A stretch of 63,793 nt of DNA, filler included, from Licmophora abbreviata (Eukaryota), in assembly GCA_900291995.1 (NCBI GenBank). It is 9 parts of 9 records of this genome, joined end to end, with 100 filler letters (N's around TTAATTAATTAA, not from the genome) between each part and the next. Parts side by side here need not be neighbours in the genome. Positions count along the whole stretch, not along the records: positions 1 to 12,884 come from OLMU01000501.1; 8 more parts are not named here. One strand, 5' to 3'. How positions within the stretch are numbered: the first letter of the stretch is position 1; each line of letters starts with the position of its first letter. Of this stretch, positions 1 to 12,984 are shown piece after piece. The position numbers and the translations under genes were made by a program. Under the pieces are notes generated by a model. That model made no database searches and had not been told where the DNA came from. It saw only the letters and a program-made list of their open reading frames with translations.

Positions 1-162
1 GCATCGCGTCCCCATAGATGGACGGTTGATATTGTAGCGTGACTAGCATGAAAGGCGCGCGCAACTTCAACATAGTGGTGACGAAGTCATGCCTATTTGA
101 TCCATCCCTTCAGTTTATACGCTACAAGCAATACGACGGTTGACATCAGCGTGCTATCATAT

Positions 163-1348
163 CTAGCTTGATCGTGCGGCAGCACCTCCACGAGTCACGT
201 TCCCTTCCCGTTTCGCCACATCCGAATGTAAGAACTTAGCTGCTTCCGCCAATGCCTTCACTTTGAATGCACTACGTTCCAACATCTCCTCCTCGTACTG
301 CTCAAGAGCATCGCGCACATCACCCTCCTCCACGCAGCGAATCGATGCATGCAATAGAGCTTGGTTCGCTCCCTGACCCTTGAACGGACTCATTGGATGT
401 GCCGCGTCGCCTAGCAAAGTGACCCGTTGCGTATTTGTGTCAGAAAGAATGTCTCGAGTCAGGATCGATCGGTCGTACAGGGGATACCCAGAAGCAAGGG
501 ACTCCGAATTACCAGACAAGAGTTCTGAGACGGGACTGTGTCACGCGCACACTTGATCAGTGCTTCTCGTTTCAGACATGACGCGTCTTGTCGACTCAAC
601 TCTTCCACATCGCCTTCCGGCATGGGAAAGCTGAGATGCCACATGCAATGAGACGGCGAGTACGGCATTGCATGGAGCCGTGTAGTTCCGTCTGCGGTCT
701 GAAAGACAGTTTCGCCGTCAAGTAGGGCTGAATCCGACGGAATATCAACCCGTGGGCAGATGCCCAACGCGATAATGCAACCCAGATAGCGCAACGGAGT
801 CGTTTCTTCGCCCACTAGAATCCGCCTCACCGTACGTCGAATACCGTCGGCTCCGACAAGAACTTCGGCGCGTCTTTTGAGCCCCTTCGATCCTTGCCAC
901 AACGTTAGCTCCACCCCATTGCCATCTTCTTCGTAGGCCAGCAGCTGACAATCCCATTCCAACTCATCGTCTCCGCCCCAAGTGTCCAGCAGCTCCCGGC
1001 GACGCGATTGCCTTGCAATATGAATGTTTTGCCATTTATTTTTACTATCCGAGTTTCCATTTGTCTTTTGCGACGCTCCCCATTTTCGTAGTCCCCGTTC
1101 GCCCACCACATTGCCGTCCGTAGTGTGCACGACATGCTTCGTGGCGGTAATCCCTTCGCCCGCTAGGTCCACCGAGATTCCAAAGGAACGGAGCTTTGGA
1201 GGCTTGTTGCATTGTCAGACCGTAGCCTTGACGGCTGGGAGAATAAATGATCTCGCTCGTACAATGTGAAAGGAATGGAGCGATGACGACAGGCAATTAC
1301 GAGCGCCAGTCCGCCCAGCCCCCCTCCGACAATTGCCACGTGAGGCAA
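163..1348 (-). pseudogene. FAD-dependent monooxygenase (UbiH/salicylate-hydroxylase/zeaxanthin-epoxidase-like), degraded
   Basis: Motifs VAIVGGGLGG, YERD..RQGYGLTMQQ, LVGADGI and TLLGDAAHPMSPFKGQGANQA are spread over four reading-frame segments. Shifts at ~1235, ~1192 and ~540 leave no room for introns. Substitutions at normally conserved sites (NQALLH for NQALLD). Confidence 0.8.
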
Positions 1349-2006
1349 GTTCAGTGTCTTCGTCTTTGCACCGTTGCTGACTCTACGGTGTCAGCGCGAG
1401 CACGATTCAATACGATACGGTACAGGCGATTCTTCTTGGCCTTCCGTACGAGCTCTCTTGCATCGAAGGCGGGCCTTCTGGAAGGGAGGCCTCCGCAGCT
1501 TTCAGAGATAGACTGGCATGCCGAGTCGCGCCTGCACCGGAATTTGGAAATCAATGTTTCACTGTTGCAGGTGTGTCAATCAGGCCCAAACGTTTTTATT
1601 TAGTATATAGCGTTTTATATAATTCAATGCTCGGTCACACTCAGGGGCAAAGGAGCGTTGGGCGATGACCGCTCATGTGATCACGAACATATCACCTTAC
1701 TTCTATGTGAGACGTCAATGAGACTTTGATCGGCTGGAGTTTGCCGTTCTTCTGAATTCAAGTCTCCATCAGCAAATTGCTGTGCTGCTCATAAATTGCT
1801 TTTGGAGAGTGAAAAGAGTAGAAAAAGAAAGTTGGAAATCTTCGCTGTTCTGACCATCAGTTGGGTTGGCTCCGCGTCCAAACTCGGGTTAGGGTCTTTT
1901 CGAACTTATTGCTATCGGTATTTGCTCTGTGACGGGTTGTTCCACGGGATTCAGCCGCGATTTTGACTCATATATTCTGTGCCACCTCAGGTGATTGACC
2001 CAGGTT

Positions 2007-5000
2007 ATGGATCTGAAAGGGCACGAGTCTTCGTCGTTGACATCCGGGATGAGGCGGAGTCAATCAGTGCAGGATGGCCATAGAAGGAAGAATGCGGTGT
2101 GGGGGCGGACTACCGCACCATCGCACACGGGTGGTGCCAACGCTTCCTGGGAAAGTTCTTCGAATATCAATGGCGCTGATCGACAAAACAGCTCTTCTAA
2201 AAAGGGGCTTCCAGGTGTACCCGAAGCGGTCCACTGTGCGTCGATTGACATGAAGATGAGAAAGTCATTCAGCGATGTGTCTAAGGTAGAACAGCAGGTT
2301 GGGGTCAAAAAGAAGAAAAAGAAAGTGAGAACTTCCAAGATCTATGATGACCCATCTACTGTTGTGGGGTATGCATCTGTGCCCCTACTTGATGTAGATC
2401 GGCTTCCGCGAGGTGGTATTAGCATCGAAACGAAAGCAGTAGGCAGGATTCAGTTCGGCATTCCGCCCGAGACGATCAAGGACAGTATGCTTCTCGGGTT
2501 GGGTATTCCCAGCGTCTACATTGTTCCAGTGGAGCGATTTTGTCGCGAGATCGGGCCTGCGCTGGGCATCAATCTTGCGGAGTTCGAGTTTCCTGCATAT
2601 TTCAACTATTTTGTCCGCCAGAAGAGTTGTACTCTTGTGGTGGACTCGTACGACGCTGAGCAGAACATTCGAGCGGTCTTTGGAGAAACTTTGTTAGGAC
2701 CTGCTCAATTTCGGAACCATGATAGTCCTACTCCCAATGACGATGAAGATTTCGATCCGAGCTTTCCTAAAGAAGCGAGACCCAACTTCTACAAGGAGTT
2801 TTACCACTTTCGCACCTCGGAAGAGTCAAGCAACTTTGAAGAATTGACCATCGACATGTTGTTGGACTTCTGTCATTTTGAAGAATCTGGCCAAAGCGCG
2901 GACACTGTGGGATCTCAAAGGAGACTGGGAGTCCCTCCTGTACCGGAAGGATTTGATTCTGAAGAAGACGAACGCGAAGATGTCGAGCAAAGGCCGGGTT
3001 CGCGTATTCCGGAACCGTCCGCCCTGAATCGCCATGGCAACGGAGTTAACGTTCATTTTCAAATCGACAGGGAAGCCACGGAGAGACGTGGCGACGCAAA
3101 CGACGAGACGCCTAAGCCTATTCAGCGTTCGTTGTCTGATCCTGATCTGAGGAAGGTAGCACTCTGCGAAACTGGTGGGCGCCCTCCTTCACCTCGGCAA
3201 GGCGCAGACAAACGATCGCCAGGGACTGGTGATTCTCCTGGCCGGCGCATGCTAAGACGAGGCAGTATGGAGAGCACTGGATCATTTATCAGCAGAGGAA
3301 CACGCAGTCGCGATGGCGTGTCATGGTCTACCGGTGCGTCCTTTATGTTGTCGGACGATGACGAAGACGATTCAACAAAGAAGCCATGGATATACTCACA
3401 GGCAAAGTGGTTAGGTGAGTCGATCTTTTGTTTTATTTTGAGGCGTTAAGATTGATCAACCGTGTTCTAATGCATCCCATTTTTCTATTTTAAAGGCGAG
3501 GTTGCGACCGTATACCCGCCGTCTTCGTCGGACGAGCATGAGTCGAACCCGTGTACAGCGCGTGTAGAAATATTCAAAATGACTGGAGGAACAGAGTACA
3601 TCGTACATGATATCGATATGAATAATGTCATCGTTGGAAAGGCGAGATTCAGCGGTACCGTCCGTGTCCCAGATGAAATGGCTGTGGAAGGATTTCTCGG
3701 GACGGACACAACAGGGGAACCCGACGAGGAAGGCGTTCTCTTTCTGCCGGGTGATGAGGCCAGCGAAGATGAAGACGCTAGCCATGCGGTGGACTCTCTT
3801 TCCTGTGCGACTTCTCACGACATTGAGGTCGGTGTACCCACACGCCCTGTCATCCCACCAACTTTTCATCCGCCTTCCTTCGGCGTTACCGTTCTTGGCA
3901 ACTCCCATGGCTTTGACAAGAATGGATCCACAAGTGGCTACGTTTTGTGGATCAACGGCCGCGGGGTCATGATCGACCCCCCACCTTATTCATCTGCTAC
4001 CTTAGAGAGAGAAGGCATTCGCCCAACTATGATTGTGGCGATAATTATCACTCATATTCACGCTGACCATGACGCTGGAACATTTCAGAAAGTGATGACA
4101 GGCTCAAGAGTTGCCATAATCACGACGCCGACTATTTACAAGAGTTTCATTCGCAAATATGCAGCCCTCTCTGGTCTAAGTCCAACTCTTTTAAGGCACA
4201 GCCATCGACACAGACCCGCGATTGTTGGACAAGCCCTGAAGTTCCAGGGTGCTACATTCCATTTCACCTACACTCTACACACTATTCCGTGCATTGCTTT
4301 CAAAGTCGAATGGAGGGGACGATCAATGGTATTCACAGGTGATCACCTGAACAGCCCTCCCGTGATTGATAGCCTCGAGCAATCGGTAAGTTTTTGCGGT
4401 ACATCAACCTAATATTTGGTCGCCCTGTTCGACTCTAACGCAGTCCTTTCCATGCAACGTTAGAACGTTCTAACAAGAGAGAGAGCTGACGATCTGAGGC
4501 GGCTTCCTCTTCAAGATTGCGATGCACTCCTTCATGAGGCGGGCGCGCCTCCTATCCACACACCTCTCAAGGTGCTAAACGAGCTACCTCAGAAAGTAAA
4601 GGATCGCCTTTATGTTGTGCATACTTCTGCGCTACCACCCGAAAGTGACCTACGCGTCGCCCGGACGGGAACAGCAGGAACCATTCGTTTAGACGAGTTC
4701 GCCGAAAAGTTTTCGCAGAGCTCGGGGAAATGTCAGGTGGGCAAGGTTTGTGCTTTCGCTCAAAACGTCAACGATATGAAGAGCACGGACGCCTATGAAA
4801 TCAAAGCGAAATCCATGTTTGGGTTGAACGCAGCTTCTCTGGACGACGGGGGCTGTCCCAATTTGTGCGTTCAGGGCAATTACTTAGTCCCTGATCGCGA
4901 CATTGTGAGCAGAGAAACAGAGATAGCAAAGATTCCGCCTCTGGTCTTGCTGCGTCCAGCATGCGTCTCAGACGCGTGGTTTATTCTAAACTTGCTGTCG

Positions 5001-6540
5001 AATGTCCCATTCCTCTCAAGGTACGAAATCGTGAGAGGACATGGTTCTAATATTTTCAAGCTCTCGTCTCACACGCACTATTCCCGTTGTAGTCTTTCGT
5101 ACTCCAGTACAATGGAGGTTCTGGAGATAGCGCAGGTCGAAATGTATTGCGCGACTGAAGTAGTTGTTCCTGCTCACCGTCGGACTGATGTATTGTGTGT
5201 CGTGTGGGAAGGAACCTGTGTCGAGCGAGAGCCAAATGTTCGGGCTGGTCTTCCTTCTCTTGAAGATTGCTTGGGCGAGTCCAACGCTGCGATGGAGACT
5301 CGGGAGATGGGATCCGAGTTTGATCTCAACAACTTCGTTTATTTCGAGTCTGGCAATGGGCTCCTCCAGCAATTCAATCCTACAGTCTGGCATGCTGGGG
5401 ATTGGACAGGGCCCGTGGCTCTCCAGCCAGATACTGAACGCTCTGCGGAGACGTCGAACGGGCAGCCCCCGAACGACATCATTGCACTCTCAACTGAAGG
5501 CGTCAAGGTTATCATGCTTAATATGGTTGACTTGTACAAGATTTTGAAGAAGGGTTCTAAGCTATTCCGAAAGTACATAGTCCTCAAAGAGAAACAAGCT
5601 GCAGAAGAGGCTATCGTTAAAGCTGAGATGCTGCGTAGCGAAATGAATGGCGTTGGGAGCAACGTGCGCTCGGATTCAATTTCGGGAAGTGGTGGCGAGG
5701 ATTGGTCGGCCTACGACAGTGTGCTTGAGGTTCTCAAGTGCAACTCAGCTCTCGCCAGACTTACGGCACACCAGAAGCGCCACCTTGAGTCGCTTGCAGA
5801 AGGACCCCGAATATTCGATCAAGGGGAGACTTTATGGCATGTTGGACAACCAGTGGACTATGCCTTCTTGATTGTAGCCGGTACCGCCGTCTTTGGGTCA
5901 CGAAGCGACACGGACCGTACCCAAGGCAGCCATAGAAGCAGCAGTATTGGTAGTCTTTCTGTGGTAAGTGAACCCGAGAACATTGCATGCTTCTTGCTTG
6001 CAGCCTGAACCTGTTTCTAACATGGCCTTCTTCCTCCCGCAGAAATCAAACGGATCAAATGTCGAGGAGGACAAGCAACTGTTCAACGTTCGACCGGACA
6101 GCGAGTATGCGAGGCTTGAGATAGGACTTCAGCTTCGTGTGGAAGAAATTGAAATGGATATCTACGAGCAGCACGAGGTCATTGAGCCTACGGAAACGCG
6201 GCAAAGAAGTGCACGAGACAGATTTGCGAACAAGGTTCTTGCTCGGTTGTACTCTCGTGGAGCTTACACGCCTGGGCTTGTATTTAGCCGAGGACACCTC
6301 TTGTCTGACACATCGCGAATGGTTAGTGGCAATCTGTCGCACATCCAGGCGGGGCGACGCGGAACCAAAAAAAGTATTGGCTACAGCCTTCCGGGTGATC
6401 GTCACTTCCACAGTTCCAACATGGTGGCGGGCCCAGATGGCTGCAGAGTAATGATCTTCCCTCGTCAAAGTTTGGTTCAGTTCCTTGATGGAAATCCAGG
6501 AGTTCTTTTGAGCCTCCTTGGAACGCAGATCGTTGTCTAG
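2007..6540 (+). CDS. Metallo-beta-lactamase-fold cyclic-nucleotide phosphodiesterase with C-terminal cNMP-binding domains (GbpA/PdeD-like); 5 exons
   Basis: IQFGIPPETIKD, EFEFPAYFNYF, FGVTVLGNSHGFD, THIHADHDAG (HxHxDH) and LLHEAGAPPIHTP, then two cNMP-type segments (FDQGETLWHVGQPVDYAFLIVAG). GT-AG introns 3415-3495, 4386-4463, 5021-5092 and 5964-6042 join the ORFs in frame. Confidence 0.8.
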
Positions 6541-6623
6541 CTCGCTAGTGTCTGTGATGTGTGTGTCCTCGCGGCATGTTCGTAAACAATAACACCTTAT
6601 TCAGAGAATTATTCCAACAAAAA

Positions 6624-9374
6624 CTAATAGCTTAGCATCGACCCGTCACAGGGCGAATGCCCTCTGTATTCTGCCGTGAATGCCGCTTCTCCGCCCGTTA
6701 AACTACGAAGACTGCCTGCGTAACCAAGGATTTCTACCAGCGGAACGTCACCGCGCACTAGGGCTCGCGACGTGGCAGATTCGAACCCGTCGCCAACAAT
6801 TACATCGCCAACCGAACCGCGTCTACCAGTGAGATCTGATAATACAGCTCCTACCAGTTCTCCTGGCAAAGTAATTTCGACGCTCATGGTCGGCTCAAGA
6901 ACTGTACAGCTGCTTCTATTGCAAGCAAGAGTCGAAGAAACTGCATTGGCTGCTGCTGCTCTCAGCGCACCGGGAAGAGCTTGAAGAGCAGGAAGACCTC
7001 CCTCCGCGTCAACGTTGACTATATGACATCGTAAGTTGCTTGTTCGGTAAGACCCTAGCGAACCTCTCTTTAACGCACCTTCACATCCATGAATAAGTGC
7101 TTTGGCAACTTCGTCGTAATGAACGAGATCTTCCTCCTTCGCATTCTCATCGATGTTGAGAAACTCCCTCGCGTCTTCACCTAGAGTGATTGAAGGATCC
7201 GAGATCACAATGCAAGGGGAACTTACATCCGCCGCGCAGCCGACGGGTTCCAACTTCAGATGAACGGCAGCTTGTAATCTAGCCGATCCGATTGTTCGGT
7301 CGTACTCTACAAGACCAGCCGACTCGATTAAAGTCGACACGGTCTCTCGATAGGCGACGGCCGGAGTACCCGTCATCACGCGGATACCGCATTCGCGATA
7401 CACTCGATCAAGAGACACTTCAATATGCAGTTCACCAAGGCCAGATAACAACGTAGCCGACTCCGTTTCCTCCACAACGAGGCTTGGATCTTCGATGGAC
7501 AACAAGCGAAGAGCTTCTGACAGCTTGGACTGCTGGTCGCTGGACTCCGCTTCGAGACGTACGGTGAGCACAGGCTTCGGCGAAGCGACGCCTGCCAAGC
7601 AGAGCATTTCGTCTTTCACATCCTGCATTTTCTTCTTGCCTTTCCTGCCTTTTGAAACCTCTGGAGCCAGAACAATCGTGTCTCCTGTGACAACACTCTT
7701 CAGCCCAATGAGAGCACAGACGTCGCCGGATCCACACGCGCCTCCTTCCAAGTTGTCGAAGCGACCACCAGCGAGCTCCAACATGCCGCCGACGCGCTCT
7801 GTACGCGGCTTCCCAGGAGTCTCGCCCACTGCAGGAGGGGACATGATCTGCAGAGCGGCGCGGTCCTTGATCTTTCCGGAGTACACACGAGCAAAAACGA
7901 CGCGTCCGTCGCCACTTCCACCTCGGCCCTTCATGTGAACGACCTTGAAGGCAAACGCCAGAAGTGACGGGTGAAGAGGATGCCCATACGATATCTTTCG
8001 CGGAGGGCTTTTCCCAATCCCGTTGTTCGACGTGCCGACATCTTCTGGAGCCCACATATGTTCATCGAGTTTGACCAGAGCCGGCGGCATCCGATCCAGC
8101 GGCGACGGAAGCAAATCAGCAATCGCGTCCAGTAAGGGCTCAATGCCTCTCCCTTTGAGAGCAGCTCCAGTCACGACAGGGAGGATTTGACGGGACAGCG
8201 TAGCTCGCCGCAGAGCAGCTCGTACTTCCGCATTCGGTGGTTCTTCCTCGTTGAGAAAGTATTCCTCGATCGCTTCGTCCACGTCTGCCAATCCTTCTAC
8301 TAGTTCAGTCCGAGCAGCGACAGCATCACGAGTAACAGGACAGTCGGCGTCTCTCGGTTCGTGTTCATCAATGTTGAACAGGGATATGACCTCTGGAACA
8401 CACCCCTCGACATTGGAAATGTCGCTCGCGTCCGGCCAGATCACGGCCCTCATATGAACGAGATCAACAAGGCCAACGAACTCTCCAAGGATCGCCTTCA
8501 TGTCGTCCGTTTGACCAGCGACAATATTTCTACCGACCAAGCAGCTACCGGAATCACAGTTTCCCATCGGGGTACGAAACAAGGGCATTTGGATAGGAAT
8601 CGGGTTGCATCCGGGGAGTTTTTGTCTCAGGGAGGCCACAGCACTTCCGAAATTGCAGCCTTCCTTGTCCATTTTGTTAATCATAGCGAGACAAGGGAGG
8701 GGCTCATGAGCGTGCTCGCGATGCGAGCCAAGTGAAGAGCGGCTCGAAGTGTCGTGGTTGTTGAGGGACGGTCTCGTCATGGCACGCCAGACTGTTTCTG
8801 TTTGTGCCTGCACTCCTGCCACAGCGTCGACCACGAGGACAGCCCCATCGAGTACCGCCACGCTCCGATTCACTTCAACACTGAAATCGACATGACCGGG
8901 AGTGTCGATTAGGTGGACCTGTACATTGTCATTCGCCTGATAGTCGTCTCCGGTCAAATTGTTGTGCCATTTCCATTCAAACGAGATAGCCGCACTCTGT
9001 ATTGTAATTCCTCGTTCTCGCTCTGCCGGCAAGTAGTCCGTTACGGTGTTTCCGTCATCGACACACCCCGCACGTCGCACAATCCCCGCCAGAGCCAGCA
9101 TTCGCTCCGTCACAGTAGTTTTGCCCGCGTCGACGTGGGCGAGGATACCGACGTTTCGAAGGTGTTTCAGTCGTCGAATGTCGGCGTTTCGTACGCTCGA
9201 GTTGTAGCTGTTATCGTCGGGCGGATCTTCTTCGTCAAATGCAGGGGCTGCGGCCATAGATGATTTAAAGCGTATAAAGTATTGTGTAGATCCAGAGGCA
9301 GCCAGTGGACTCAGAAAGCGAGACAAGCAACGGCATCTCGCAGCTTGGTCCCTGAGAAGGAACATACGAATCAT
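6624..9374 (-). CDS. GFM2: Mitochondrial elongation factor G2 / ribosome-releasing factor 2
   Basis: AHVDAGKTT, VDDGNTVTDYLPAERERGITIQSAA (EF-G2mt-type), DTPGHVDF, NKMD, LSGLGELHIE and LEPTMSVEI. Arg/Ser-rich N-terminal transit-like peptide. Confidence 0.85.
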   Translation of the reverse strand: MIRMFLLRDQAARCRCLSRFLSPLAASGSTQYFIRFKSSMAAAPAFDEEDPPDDNSYNSSVRNADIRRLKHLRNVGILAHVDAGKTTVTERMLALAGIVRRAGCVDDGNTVTDYLPAERERGITIQSAAISFEWKWHNNLTGDDYQANDNVQVHLIDTPGHVDFSVEVNRSVAVLDGAVLVVDAVAGVQAQTETVWRAMTRPSLNNHDTSSRSSLGSHREHAHEPLPCLAMINKMDKEGCNFGSAVASLRQKLPGCNPIPIQMPLFRTPMGNCDSGSCLVGRNIVAGQTDDMKAILGEFVGLVDLVHMRAVIWPDASDISNVEGCVPEVISLFNIDEHEPRDADCPVTRDAVAARTELVEGLADVDEAIEEYFLNEEEPPNAEVRAALRRATLSRQILPVVTGAALKGRGIEPLLDAIADLLPSPLDRMPPALVKLDEHMWAPEDVGTSNNGIGKSPPRKISYGHPLHPSLLAFAFKVVHMKGRGGSGDGRVVFARVYSGKIKDRAALQIMSPPAVGETPGKPRTERVGGMLELAGGRFDNLEGGACGSGDVCALIGLKSVVTGDTIVLAPEVSKGRKGKKKMQDVKDEMLCLAGVASPKPVLTVRLEAESSDQQSKLSEALRLLSIEDPSLVVEETESATLLSGLGELHIEVSLDRVYRECGIRVMTGTPAVAYRETVSTLIESAGLVEYDRTIGSARLQAAVHLKLEPVGCAADVSSPCIVISDPSITLGEDAREFLNIDENAKEEDLVHYDEVAKALIHGCEGALKRGSLGSYRTSNLRCHIVNVDAEGGLPALQALPGALRAAAANAVSSTLACNRSSCTVLEPTMSVEITLPGELVGAVLSDLTGRRGSVGDVIVGDGFESATSRALVRGDVPLVEILGYAGSLRSLTGGEAAFTAEYRGHSPCDGSMLSY

Positions 9375-9885
9375 ACTAGCGGTGCGAAATATGAGTCACG
9401 AGAGAACTTCTTTCGGACACACTGGAAGCCCGAATCCGTGGTGGATGGAAAACACAACTTTCCCCTTCGTGTCTCTCGGATCTTGGCCGTTAAGTGGTAT
9501 CAGTGCAGTCCATAAGCTACTTCGTATTGAACAGGATCTATTTATGCCTTGTTGGTGCTGTGTTTCTCCTTCGCAATTCGCTATGTGCCCATGGTCGAGT
9601 GTGTGTCGGGATTTGTTGCGTCAGTTTGTGCTGATGAGCGATTCGATTCAAGGAACCTACTCGTAGTGGGTTCTGCGCGCGTTGAGATATTTTCCGTGGC
9701 CAGCATTCACCGATATCACGAGCGAGGACACCTGAGCGGCGGACAGAGCTTGAAACATGCTCCATGCCGAAATAAGACCCTTGAACCCGACGACGACACC
9801 ACAAGACCTACACCTTTACGAACGTTCAATTTCTGCTAACTACATTACTAGTAAGTTTAATGTGGCTTTGATGAAAGCGTACACT

Positions 9886-12094
9886 CTAGCGGCAGTAGTG
9901 CGTTCCATTTCTCTTCTTGCCGGTGTTCATCCATTTGACCAAGTGTACACTCTTGCGGTTGTCGCCCTCTCCGCTGGCACCCCTCCACTGCTTTCGACCC
10001 TGCTTGTCTAGCTTGTTGGCGACCTCGGCAGCGCTGTCGTCCTTCAAGCCAGACTGTGAAGGATCACGCGGGCGGGAGTGGCTACGGGCAAGGCTCGTCT
10101 CCCGACGCCTCTCTTCCACCTTGGCCCGTCTGGCCTTCTTAATTTGTCCCTTACTCTTGCCGGACACATCCTCCATATCTGCATCGTCTCCCTCCTCATC
10201 CGATGTTACACGCCGTCGGCTCAAGGATCGTTCGCGTTTGCGACCGCGCATCATGGTTCGTCCGCGTTCAATCATCAACGAGGCATCCACGCCATAGCTT
10301 TCCATCTTCTCCCTGATGGCCACATCACTGAGCGCGCCACTATCGTGCTTGTCTTTGGATTTACCACGAATAGCACGAGGCATAATGGGGCGGTTCTGTG
10401 TCGTATTGGCACGAGATACTTGCTTCGTGATGCGCCTGCGCTCACGGATTGCGTCCACGGCCGCTTCTTCCTCACTATCCAAATCCGACTCGACCTCTTC
10501 ACCCATGGCAGCTGCCTGCAGCTCTGCGACAATCTGTTCTTCTTCACGCTCCAGCGCTTGCAACTTTGAATCGATATCTGCATCAACATAGTCGGCAATG
10601 TTCTTTCCGTTCATGATTTGCGGGATATCGTCAAACTTCCAAGTATCATCCTCGAGATCGTAAATCTCGCGATAGTCAGGAGCCCACACACCGGGACCGC
10701 CATTTTCCCACATGCGATCACGCGCAGTCTTTTTCACATTCATCATATCCACATCCGTATTAGTGTCGCCGTCCTTGACCGTAGGAGCGTATCCACTGGC
10801 CGTGCGCTTGGGCTTGTGATCATCGCCAGGTCCCAATCGGCCTTCCTCTTGGGCCTGCAGCACTGATTCGGGGATACAAGTGTCGCGTTGGACATTGTCG
10901 CGAGGGACGGGATGAAAGACTTGCAGACGATTCATGACGCCTCCAATCTTCTTGTTGGTCACGCGCGAATCGACGCGTGCCGCCAGAAGCTTATCGCATG
11001 CTGTGTTCTTCACCAACGACACACCCTCTTCCGACACATTGGACATGGTCATGAGAGTACAGTTGGAATCCTTGACGAGAGCTTCCACAAGCTTCTTCTT
11101 GTCTTGTTCCAGCGTCTCCCACGGTTGTTGGTCAATCTTGTTGACGACGACGATTAATTGTTTGTTGGCAAACAGGGGTTGGATACTTCGAAACAAGGAA
11201 CACTGCTGTTCAATAGTGTATCCACACTGTTCCGAAATATCGAGAAAGTACAAGACACTGCAAGTCAAGTGCGCTAGAGCGGTGATGGCTTGCATTTCAA
11301 TCGTATTTCGCTCTTCGAGAGGATGATCGAGGATACCCGGCGTGTCAATGACTTGCCATCGCAGGTAGCGATAATCCGTGTGTCCCACAAAGAGGGACTT
11401 GGTAGTAAAAGCATATGGCTGAACATCTACATTTGCACGCGTGATCTTGTTCATGAAGCTTGACTTGCCGACATTGGGCAATCCGCACATGAGCAAGGTC
11501 CGCGTGTTGGGGTCAAGAGCGGGAAGACGGGACATGTGCTTGCGAACTTCTTCCAAATACGCGAGCGACGCCTTCTGGCGTTTAAGGACGGTACACATGC
11601 GTCCCAAGGCCGCTCGTTTGAGGCACTTACAGCGGTACAAGGAGTCACCGTACTTGACCATGCGAAGCATGTCGCGGGCAATGGCGTCGACCAACGAGCG
11701 GGCCGTGTTGATCTGGCCAAGGGCGAGCTTGTAGTGATCGCGATCGTAAAGAGTATTGCATAAGTCAGCGTAGAATGGATGGATGTCGTTGAGACGAGGA
11801 AAGTCCGTCAATATCTGCGTGAGTCTCTCCGAAATGGTTTGCTGGGTGAACTTGATCTTTCGCATGCTTTGAAATGAGGACAGAGGGAAGTACGCGACGG
11901 TTAGTTTCGACGCGTCTCCCACAGCTTTTGTACTCCTGACTGCTGTTTACTTACTAGAAAGAGCGGATACGCGTAATTTTGTATCCAGGATGGACTACAG
12001 TGGGAGTCCGGCGCTGAGTCCTCATAAGGACAATGTCGACGAGTTCCGGTGCCGTCGGCACGGGAGCCATTTTCTTGAAGTTGTAGATCGGCAT
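9886..12094 (-). CDS. NOG1: Nucleolar GTP-binding protein 1; 2 exons
   Basis: Exon 1 [30 protein letters not shown] joins through intron 11867-11954 to [10 protein letters not shown]. Also [24 protein letters not shown] and C-terminal [16 protein letters not shown]. Confidence 0.95.
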
Positions 12095-12505
12095 GGTGGC
12101 TTGACTGGAAACTATATCAGCCTGTATTCTCTGGGAGAATACAGAGTCAAAAGGCAACTGCTACCAACGACACCTTCGCCACACACTCCAAGTTAACAAC
12201 ACAGTGTGCGTCTCGTCGACAGAGTTTGTTTTTCTCGATTTGTCTCCAATTGTCGCTTCCCGCAATTTTCGGTGGCTCTGAACGGTTCCTGCACATCAGT
12301 ACATTTCTTCGTAGAAACACATGTAGAGGAAGCGTGGGCAGAAGGTCGGACGCATAGATTCTGTCATGCGTCAGTTGAGATACTCTTTTTGCTTTTCTCT
12401 CAATCATAACCATTATGACGATGAGAGACACCAACACTACTCCACCGCACTGTGTCTTCCACCCCGCCGGTTATAGATCTCTCCTTCATTCGCAACGACA
12501 CCACC

Positions 12506-12884
12506 ATGTCTGAAACAGCTTCGTTCGTCGATCCCGTCTTTTTGGCACGCTTTGGCTTGTCGCGAGTCAATGCGATTGACTACTTCTTACACCCGCTGAA
12601 TCCCTTTAGAACTAAGCTCAACACGAGCAACGAAGTGCTTGCCATGCAGGGCATCGGTATTGGTACGCTTATACAGCAAGGAGTCGGTAGTGGGCCGCTG
12701 TCTCCAAGTGTTGCAGAAGAAGAATATGCACTCGGCTTGACGAAATTGACAGGAGAGCAGTACGAACTTATGCCTCCAGTTGACCCCGTCTTCTACACAC
12801 AGCCGTCGCCGCTGTATACCATTCGACACGTGACCCGGTCGAATCCTACAACAGTCAAGGTGCTAGGAGTTTACATATACTGGA
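12506..12884 (+). CDS. MED6: Mediator subunit Med6, 3' end lost in gap
   Basis: FVDPVFLARFGLSRVNAIDYFLHPLNPF..SNEVLAMQ..LTGEQYEL..LYTIRHVTRSNPTTVKVLGVY matches the Med6 pattern. Runs into the N spacer. Confidence 0.8.
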
Positions 12885-12984
12885 NNNNNNNNNNNNNNNN
12901 NNNNNNNNNNNNNNNNNNNNNNNNNNNNTTAATTAATTAANNNNNNNNNNNNNNNNNNNNNNNNNNNNNNNNNNNNNNNNNNNN
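12885..12984. other. Assembly spacer 1 (N44-TTAATTAATTAA-N44)
   Basis: Exact 100-nt pattern with stops in all six frames. Confidence 0.99.

Noticed and set aside
9625..9740. Possible C/D-box snoRNA or SECIS (CTGATGA..CTGA, with a GAACCTAC/GTGGGTTC hairpin) between the EF-G2 and NOG1 genes
   Set aside because: Non-canonical C box, no convincing terminal stem, no recognisable rRNA guide and no linked selenoprotein ORF.
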